Source of the DNA: an uncultured virus (IMG/VR IMGVR_UViG_3300044825_002550)
Lineage: Duplodnaviria > Heunggongvirae > Uroviricota > Caudoviricetes
Strand: one strand, 5' to 3'
Virus record (IMG/VR): IMGVR_UViG_3300044825_002550
Length of the DNA stretch: 20,000 nucleotides
The notes below the pieces were generated by a model. That model saw only the letters and a program-made list of their open reading frames with translations, was not told the DNA's origin and made no database searches. Positions within the stretch are counted from its first letter, which is position 1, and each line of letters starts with the position of its first letter. Of the stretch, positions 18,901-20,000 are shown in pieces. Both the position numbers and the translations under genes were made by a program.

Positions 18901-19434
18901 ACACAAGCAAAAACACCTAAGAACTCTACTAATACTCAAGCAAAAACACCTAAGGACACTGCTAATATACAGCCGCGCGCTGTTTTTTCTCCTAAACCTT
19001 CTTCTCCTTACTCTCTTTCCCCCCAACAACAACAGGATATTATCTCAGCTAACTCTGGTCTTTCTTTTTCTGAACTTGAAGCAATTAACAGGGAACTAGA
19101 CTTAGGTATATCCTACCTTCAATCTTCTAAACGTAAAATCTCTAAAATAAACGCTCGTGTTATGTTATCCTCTGCTCAAGGCGGTCAATCTCCTAAACAC
19201 CCTCAGCATCCTCAATCTAATCCTTATTCTAGCCGCCCTACCACTGCTGTAGCCGTCCTTACCCCTAACCCTGACTCTCCTATCCCTTCTATTTCTTTAA
19301 AAGTGTCAGAGGATGATACAAATAATCTTCATCTCTCCTCTGACCCTCTTGCTTATTTATCCTTTGTTGATAGACAGGTTTTTCTCTCTGATATTAATTA
19401 CTTTATGTCCGCTGACTATGCTGACATTGTTTAA
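3919..19434 (+). CDS. Giant (5171 aa) multidomain virion protein, tape-measure/ejection-protein-like, with PLD-like, M23-like and lambda-lysozyme-like domains
   Basis: Uninterrupted 15,516-nt ORF in AT-rich DNA with consistent codon bias, and AAAAGG/AAAGG purine tracts just upstream of the ATG. Two HxK motifs (HSKFF...STGNLN at 4978; HAKVI...GSHNFS at 5500), many Gly/Ala-rich hydrophobic helices, M23-like 'VRTGQKVFFGQIIGTQ', and lysozyme motifs 'AEGT', 'STASGRYQ', 'FSPGVQD'. The CDS itself is secure; the functional label is inference. Confidence 0.85.
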   Translation: MELESLEQNRRSSFSLADTAQTLYPSISNPSSLSSFSSFTSNNPQLSLFNNSSILLASNTSLASTSTNTTPKPFGTLLDKKHTFYNSRDIGKGLMGFLEESKPNSLKGAFYELSSNPQFLKVFSEKAKDDGIVVSMGPGNVSLTESMVESSSIALNSILSLKIIGAFNSGVGEIINYASEKLTGNPIYKTSEEQKQSTESVNTARFVNSLQYGLLGYLAEPVVSNSINLFSTTPKSGSFKPGSFGRKALVSLFVGSLGYVFSPTTIDSTHLSELNTARMRFIPNSALKAYGLTVGTDSDTPQPSRGNWFHHAVAMFSRTFLLGGVDVTNKTIPYAVEYSKNSSNQNQVSNYIVHSKFFVEEEGRSDRYFVSTGNLNTLVEVYNTPADKRHKQINYAISGNDPQIAKDLREVATFLATAQPSDTFLPLQEKLTSKKVSIGGMGSNSTQEIINLIQESKGEIYGVMPYATDSDIANAFVTAQKQGKKVSIFIKNPLGVDGQQQSSNFARILLEGGVDVLIVPENSKAFPHAKVIASKDTLHLGSHNFSKNSSRHVAEVSLQFRSSGIGIPVIDAIKQDIKDDKAITLNKTKLETLINQAALNKDYSALRLYKAMYPEGDIKEAQTRISTKNDLVQFLMPDMLSIGGVLNNKLNSSAVFLPTSIPTEYYSRHGFNLNNTPDIYQHLRYGLDKQSSLEKFSAFYADFALQHPFSIGLGAYINAGFPNLYKPNDGLFSTISKGVGRFLDTLTGHYTNMYYKDLRAGLVYGNMKDFHKAAYRKDDRRGFFESTLYTFSSAMSSTAYSLAFYFGITHSIAIARAKFEDIGTDYISQLDFQKTPKFIQKVYFDDTTISRLNVINDVTQALKTSPNPAQLGKVLDEYYNYIINEAASTPLSLDSEIKSQFDTFKVSSDIIDKDINLVRNAISTGSLDPSDLNSIATFKKSTFGVDSTQITFNTLSNRPALFNTVSFLRNIDSSHFTNIIEPIIRDIAVYEDVDKTLFENTLSKLKQNISGGISLIFKSNDIYNDILNVHNFGYKRLEEIASQLDTLASFIPANPFLYYKPYRQARGVTTLKQQNITPSGQIIQDSISLKSLIGPGFSGLTSFTNQVLQQVKEVKLDKFISESYNAFTLQNKLIKNEVKIARRIDKLLRNVDPGLLQDLTDLSKGTLSSPLKDLSDNLKNQLGADIADLLDDPKLQSLVDQYLIDYEKFSTTTKFYSNDSIDKIKDNSNKGLNKTLRSVLFSAGPILILDKLLDPHVMQNSGDLISQIFADFNLTRTKDENRVSQIEFTGGIPFYLKYPIILSGFITGGYALPSRKSTYSAVSRLNATLQARYQNVDLSTLGVTDSLLRTAEKELRAAASAASSSTPDLDSNIAKYLFSDRGDRLRLKFGYMGAFLGGSAALIATQTVFNLTAATLNFIKSVDRGEGQKPSSEEMAAGLKVMSIIKRSLTTQKTSNKATVDEIASREVLRLGALNLTYGRDKRPSYIYTFSSQIPTPLFQATLVSKFDKQGSALTYGLGFQFVPILGSGSIPTAPFSISVRPLRNTVEAKRELYKKSLLSLASPSSTSVDQLKQQYEQQMQIAGFFSLLSFPGQFLSVDKDTTLGSAINFLGATSYISTLASKLPKSISSSDRTFRYLTAFSFDTIRNLVGYSQSLTVALPNAFLKAGTSLLGDSYIKAIGPKARKFSPFILSYMYASGITAPEGSFSNVGSQFINPVVSEIHRFFTAVAPITLIYGFGLHHAKVFSRAQDINPSDTATDFISTKQKEIKKIYEQATKSLDPSLLKNYELPLIRTANLRLNIAARRIFSISAILGAVGLLVNSTNSQNFRFGFLDIISDSQIKQLSPTERILQSNYSSARYNPSSSSEAFSSYADYLTRSLLGIFGVQNLFYRDDPNAFLSLAGPFGISETQPNKLRGYTQAQSSSADISGSKVTLAAQLASSDFSMQLKAMLSEASSKDETTTQLFHRLFAYPRKEPAKLSRYISQSEYGLIRNSSHAFQTAITIREYQLQHLKHQRPIELAYTLLKELYASGRIDQANTRIPFSYTPLDSLPKMYATVGTNYSNSSLNLISRVTSLLKGFTSNSQTPIGLEDIAAKQYKETTSQIPFLGYFFDTFKDVASSLSGNSSISSGLALAVQSIPLATFTLGGIIAVGSQTLTSLYAIQTGNVLKSTTNELNTVRTNLEQVSKIKFSFDSSSQKLKLNNTVINNSITDVLNETHLTSGIQNAHNSLFNIDFIDKEIQSDIRDVSRLKNQLNTTSDLALKQTLTDDINTKAKQLTDKLKTKLTDFLDTDVTISTTQTKKVYELLDITDDMRNLLENKVDSILTELTSIIDSTQLDEVLDPRIKKALGSALLQLQKDIYSQANLPPVQKPNPQTSSLSSTVARADKTASIPVKNLNSIIQQRGITGLVLQSSQGAFSLASKFQDLHGPYEVLSGLTLAISSTNRLQKYQGAYAASSGLITTAAAFAAMLAINSFGVSALPLMIAMGLGVWGFTSWDSTFNNKRFTRSALSTMLAIDKAVFDPVRYGTANLLYNLPTIPFLGPISHFPFSLFDSFLNNIYSSSFVSENPNVQMGLSFILPETPQRYDLFRMSKVPNSYTFAGPRQEILSYDEYLKTIASNYQQNVQRAASYKPNIDPLVHPYLQGSVYTGNPFVDEPYLSPSRGGGRSRLLSKFANPPAISNILRIAIGLRSSQSDFDTYGASIYRSYNKPKNPLIGFGQSAFLNAARAGFFLNNNIFSFSTETISKASSFISKHLVEPAGSFFASLYKNLYTQRGATFFNNHLSPAIKGSSLATLIISGIEFYNPNTDPLSQIGIGVLGSTAFTVIADRLQKHLRSKALTPNTVSSSSFFGSTFSFLKRPITQVFGLGLGASLLALGLFTTPQNKNDKNAQTLKNTLQISGGILTAASAVPLSIRLFKSLPFKSLPPNILRLAPRTLFGLGVGYFAYKGFNSINPKQEDQQFNILASGSIGLASSVFSPSILKLFKNNPRIGLSLLSTGLFTGVARLAVNRFKPQSSENEQIITSLAVGVGITAVGNLALPRLMGLFSKFSSSSSPSLAPSSTSTSRSSIFIDTLKKVVKPALTFGRRAAGFFSNFIRFLGNPALLTLIDFQITFGNIERLNNLEKHKRDRVNYRSEYSTAIGAAASSLAFTASYSAISKFGGSNYKTLFASFIISSIVGLFASHLGKQFGDAAYYESRGMQDKYSNNWAYNFSKFIFPSSKANANDNNLASPSSYTKDAVNNILLTTFVINNLFNLWMGVRNWKSVAKASSTLGSTPGPVPGDDGDIPGSSTPPTGPGDDGDIPGSSTPPTGPGDAADSSRRRYHRRRYGPRSASSSSGASFFKRASSRPSSSGGSGPVPGDDADSSRRRYRRRRYGPRSASSSSGASFFKRASSRPSSGGGSFPGFDVGVAPKVEDLESFTSSTPNSKLKIKYLETDRLKGTTIASQTVNSADEVYNKLTTKYSSSLDGKQYDKLSDIVKEKLTPSVIHGGNEFVTMGYVDTTGNYSALSVSYQDTKSGRIVTKIFYAEGTDKSVMDSLIKESGVDTKKDWRSFTHTSPDFKTVDFTPSSPLQPSSAQPPTRSILVLEEGKGIQELNNKAFQHSSNLKLGYVHWIHNLSRNNINLDIEKKSAGAVFSPLKGFGQQLSLLIHQTLHLDSFYKPFSIPNTPNTGPHPPKSGAPATASKTGIPEPPPPPKRAPATTSKTLIPEPPPQEVKTIQSASKLQPGASINIDNLRIDEFSTGIKLVPGKGFVGGKETEFVSAGFTGEFEKSTLTPEDHSKILGQGSKFNESILTVKPDAVNQLGISSEDKVSPILTGTVVEIDGEQRAFLSVSSAFKDESGRSSAGARIFTAKGGNESLLALVNYWEEHGNPSFEMNPSRAPQPVFYNTTVSLDLVSYSSVPNSNLLNPGTLTVKQAASESFLLAESTGNLASFEYNAAPLSLSRIAKAQFIQPINTKSYLIISKDQKKVKPIHYYKNFTEIKTSLNAILNRAIPKEQDITFFKSEIAKNPNLKQDILPLLEDQGLDQIKKEFKKTTVKSQLAFSTKHINLLSFYNEITSETEFKDSYSDYVTKANQNAGGLSKEAKDNARAMKTWQDTYNKFSGGGGGPSSSTFTGEFGAEQDPTLSWLDNYDDSRSIHATLIPFDFQYFNKQFRSLLSFGKQKIAPGIISVSSSAYSFFSDLSKSSFSSIRAASNKVSSIFKPSPRLSVSYTAPRPSPTYRPKPFGVLRSRSHNLFRRFYRPTPSVPKAPPTPNSNISIQKGGVLTGLSIFALSTLLINDKDQNSQALRTTLQIGGGMLAVTSLLAPLLQNKYVQRSLDSVGYLFFVHNTLQTISSVLTLNREVSLKNDNPLVSTYRRLGLLDPHNDSYYYDIKSASRRMGSTLVDIMARGIDSIFYPANFFLGIAVSSLTSYFSGPVKALVGDYLESEMLKHGMYNATPRALANLSKEAGEGAMAGGAIGAAASVLALLGLGAASALSGGTALPATVPVMLGIVGGSTAVGAGSGFLINFHAGTNRYSQQRRISRLRSYAIQNAIASSYASNSASSSDIYDNQGLDPQFYPGSISFSNYGHKDPSGGNKDQQYNISSFAEAYPHHAVFRRKRSQSLFYVNSRGEKVPHEVQEHIGPDGTTREFVKLDITLRKGGRMIGVELPSFATGYAKVVSAGKNSYVSIYKDREMTKFLGRAIHIRATVRTGQKVFFGQIIGTQYPDGDNTHTDLTLLPETYDRYFKALKTGNWGNNLPPALIPPPSAQPQNQSTSTVTQGRNLLTPELYNRLTPKGKLYYDNLRTNPAILALADAVARAEGTDFRNNSVNFGYGYIIGGSNIELSKLNNIQHPFVAPAGHTPLRRRADHLSTASGRYQALDFVYARVASMNHNAPDLAKMFEGVDRRIPINSFSPGVQDLMFIYSLEKRGILQDVIDGNFSEAVLDKLSREYTSITITRNYGGHGTPEGRKNNFIRFLMDRYRIRQAEQLRSKTPNTNTQAKTPKNSTNTQAKTPKDTANIQPRAVFSPKPSSPYSLSPQQQQDIISANSGLSFSELEAINRELDLGISYLQSSKRKISKINARVMLSSAQGGQSPKHPQHPQSNPYSSRPTTAVAVLTPNPDSPIPSISLKVSEDDTNNLHLSSDPLAYLSFVDRQVFLSDINYFMSADYADIV
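4180..5650 (+). other. Two-lobed phospholipase D (HKD) superfamily domain within the giant ORF
   Basis: Lobe 2 is close to canonical: 'EIINLIQESKGEIYGVMPYATDSDIANAFVTAQKQGKKVSIFI...LLEGGVDV...PHAKVIASKDTLHLGSHNFS...AEVSLQF'. The lobe 1 catalytic part is 'VHSKFFVEE...YFVSTGNLN...INYAISGNDPQIAKDL'. The Asp of HxKxxxxD is not at the canonical position in either lobe. Confidence 0.8.
13776..13882 (+). repeat. In-frame 48-bp tandem repeat (2 full copies + partial), encoding PGDDGDIPGSSTPPTG
   Basis: CCCCGGTGACGACGGAGATATCCCAGGTAGCTCTACTCCTCCTACGGG at 13776 and 13824; a partial third copy starts at 13872. Confidence 0.95.
13885..14141 (+). repeat. In-frame duplication with 141-bp period, encoding ADSSRRRY(H/R)RRRYGPRSASSSSGASFFKRASSRPSS
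   Basis: GCTGATAGCTCCCGTAGACGCTACC... begins at 13885 and again at 14026; the copies are nearly identical over ~115 bp. Confidence 0.95.
14976..15079 (+). repeat. In-frame duplication with 57-bp period, encoding Pro-rich APAT(A/T)SKT(G/L)IPEPPP
   Basis: GGCGCCAGCTACA(G/A)CCAGTAAAACA...ATACCGGAACCACCTCCAC at 14976 and 15033. Confidence 0.9.
17720..18170 (+). other. Divergent M23 peptidase-like domain within the giant ORF
   Basis: 'KLDITL...GVELPSFATGYAKVVSAGKNSYVSIY...FLGRAIHIRATVRTGQKVFFGQIIGTQYPDGDNTHTDL' follows the M23 pattern D..V....G.V....N.V.I....H...V..G..V..GQ.IG......HxH, except that HxH reads HTD. Confidence 0.6.
18320..18860 (+). other. Lambda-lysozyme-like (phage R endolysin/lytic transglycosylase type) domain within the giant ORF
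   Basis: 'ALADAVARAEGTD' (candidate catalytic Glu codon at 18364), 'GYGYIIGG', 'HP', 'STASGRYQ' (18517) and 'SFSPGVQD' match the lambda R motifs (xEGT, STAAGRYQ, DFSPxSQD) in the right order. Confidence 0.88.
18883..18966 (+). repeat. Short degenerate in-frame repeat (KTPNTNTQAKTPKNSTNTQAKTPKDTAN), likely linker
   Basis: AAAACACC occurs three times and ACTAATAC(A/T)CAAGCAAAAACACCTAAG twice. Confidence 0.8.
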
Positions 19435-19438
19435 CTAT

Positions 19439-20000
19439 AGCGCGCGCTGCTTGTAGCTCTTTATATATACTACTTTTGGACAAACTCTTAGCAGCTGCGC
19501 GTAGCCTGCGCGCTGCTTGTAACTCTTTATATATACTATTTTAGACGGAGGTTAAGCTGCGCTCTGGTACTCGCTACGTAGCCTGCGCGCTGCTGCTAAG
19601 AGGTTGTCCAAATATTTCTTTCTACTTTATATATACTATTTTTGGACGGAGGTTAAGCCGCGCTCCGGTACTCGCTACGTAGCCTGCGCTCTGCTGTAGC
19701 GTTGTCCAAATCTTTCTTTCTACTTTATATATACTATTTTTGGACGGAGGGTAAGCCACGCTCCGGTACTCGCTGCGTAGCCTGCGCGCTGCTTGTAGCG
19801 TTGTCCAAATATTTCTTTCTACTTTATATATACTATTTTTGGACGGAGGTTAAGCCGCGCTCCGGTACTCGCTGCGTAGCCTGCGCGCTGCTTGTAACTC
19901 TTTATATATACTATTTTAGACGGAGGTTAAGCTGCGCTCTGGTACTCGCTACGTAGCCTGCGCGCTGCTGCTAAGAGGTTGTCCAAATATTTCTTTCTAC
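19439..20000. repeat. Non-coding tandem repeat array of ~66-100 bp modular, palindrome-rich units; continues beyond the window
   Basis: The anchor CTTTATATATACTA starts at 19459, 19525, 19625, 19723, 19822 and 19900 (spacings 66, 100, 98, 99, 78), and the next is expected at 20000. Full unit is approximately CTTTATATATACTATTTTTGGACGGAGGTTAAGCCGCGCTCCGGTACTCGCT(A/G)CGTAGCCTGCGCGCTGCTTGTAGCGTTGTCCAAATATTTCTTTCTA. Confidence 0.95.

Noticed and set aside
6762..19032. Many short alternative-frame and antisense ORFs inside the giant gene (e.g. 12771-13253, 9572-9895, 17223-17495)
   Set aside because: Expected from the strong codon bias of the main frame; no motifs or translation signals.
3919..19434. 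Intein, virion RNA polymerase, or RHS/RTX/haemagglutinin toxin as the explanation for the giant ORF
   Set aside because: No Cys-start/HN-end splicing motifs, LAGLIDADG, DxDGD polymerase motif, YD repeats or GGxGxD repeats were seen.
19604..19640. Tandem sigma70 promoters in the repeat units (TTGTCC ... TATACT)
   Set aside because: Spacing between TTGTCC and TATACT is about 22 bp, too long for a canonical promoter; a phage-specific promoter cannot be excluded but is unsupported.
19702..19956. 84-aa ORF (MSKSFFLLYIYYFW...)
   Set aside because: It is a translation of the 99-bp repeat units with a TTG start; the frame is not kept across the 100- and 98-bp units.
19439..20000. CRISPR array
   Set aside because: Units are near-identical over their whole length with no unique spacers, and no cas motifs are present in the window.
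1..20000. tRNA, rRNA, integrase or transposase
   Set aside because: Intergenic spaces are short and AT-rich with no cloverleaf-like sequence, and no recombinase or transposase motifs were recognised.

Overview
AT-rich, gene-dense window with every credible gene on the + strand. It reads as the virion/packaging region of a large tailed dsDNA phage (or prophage/phage-plasmid). A cyanobacterial host is plausible but only inferred. Order: 3' end of a small beta-rich structural-type gene (1-294); terminase large subunit (336-2132); a short ABC/AAA_21-type ATPase with a DUF3696-like C-terminus whose catalytic Glu and switch His appear replaced by Asn (2246-3109); a palindromic terminator (3140-3170); a 188-aa hypothetical protein (3296-3862); a 15.5-kb ORF for a 5171-aa protein (3919-19434). 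That protein has an N-terminal two-lobed PLD/HKD-type domain, many hydrophobic helical hairpins, Arg/Pro-rich internal repeats, an apparently host-derived globular domain, a Gly-zipper, an M23-peptidase-like domain and a lambda-lysozyme-like domain. Directly after it starts a non-coding array of 66-100 bp palindrome-rich units that runs off the window (not CRISPR). The main candidates for new biology are the giant multi-enzyme virion/ejection protein, the apparently hydrolysis-dead ATPase and the repeat array. All family assignments come from motif recognition by eye, not database searches.
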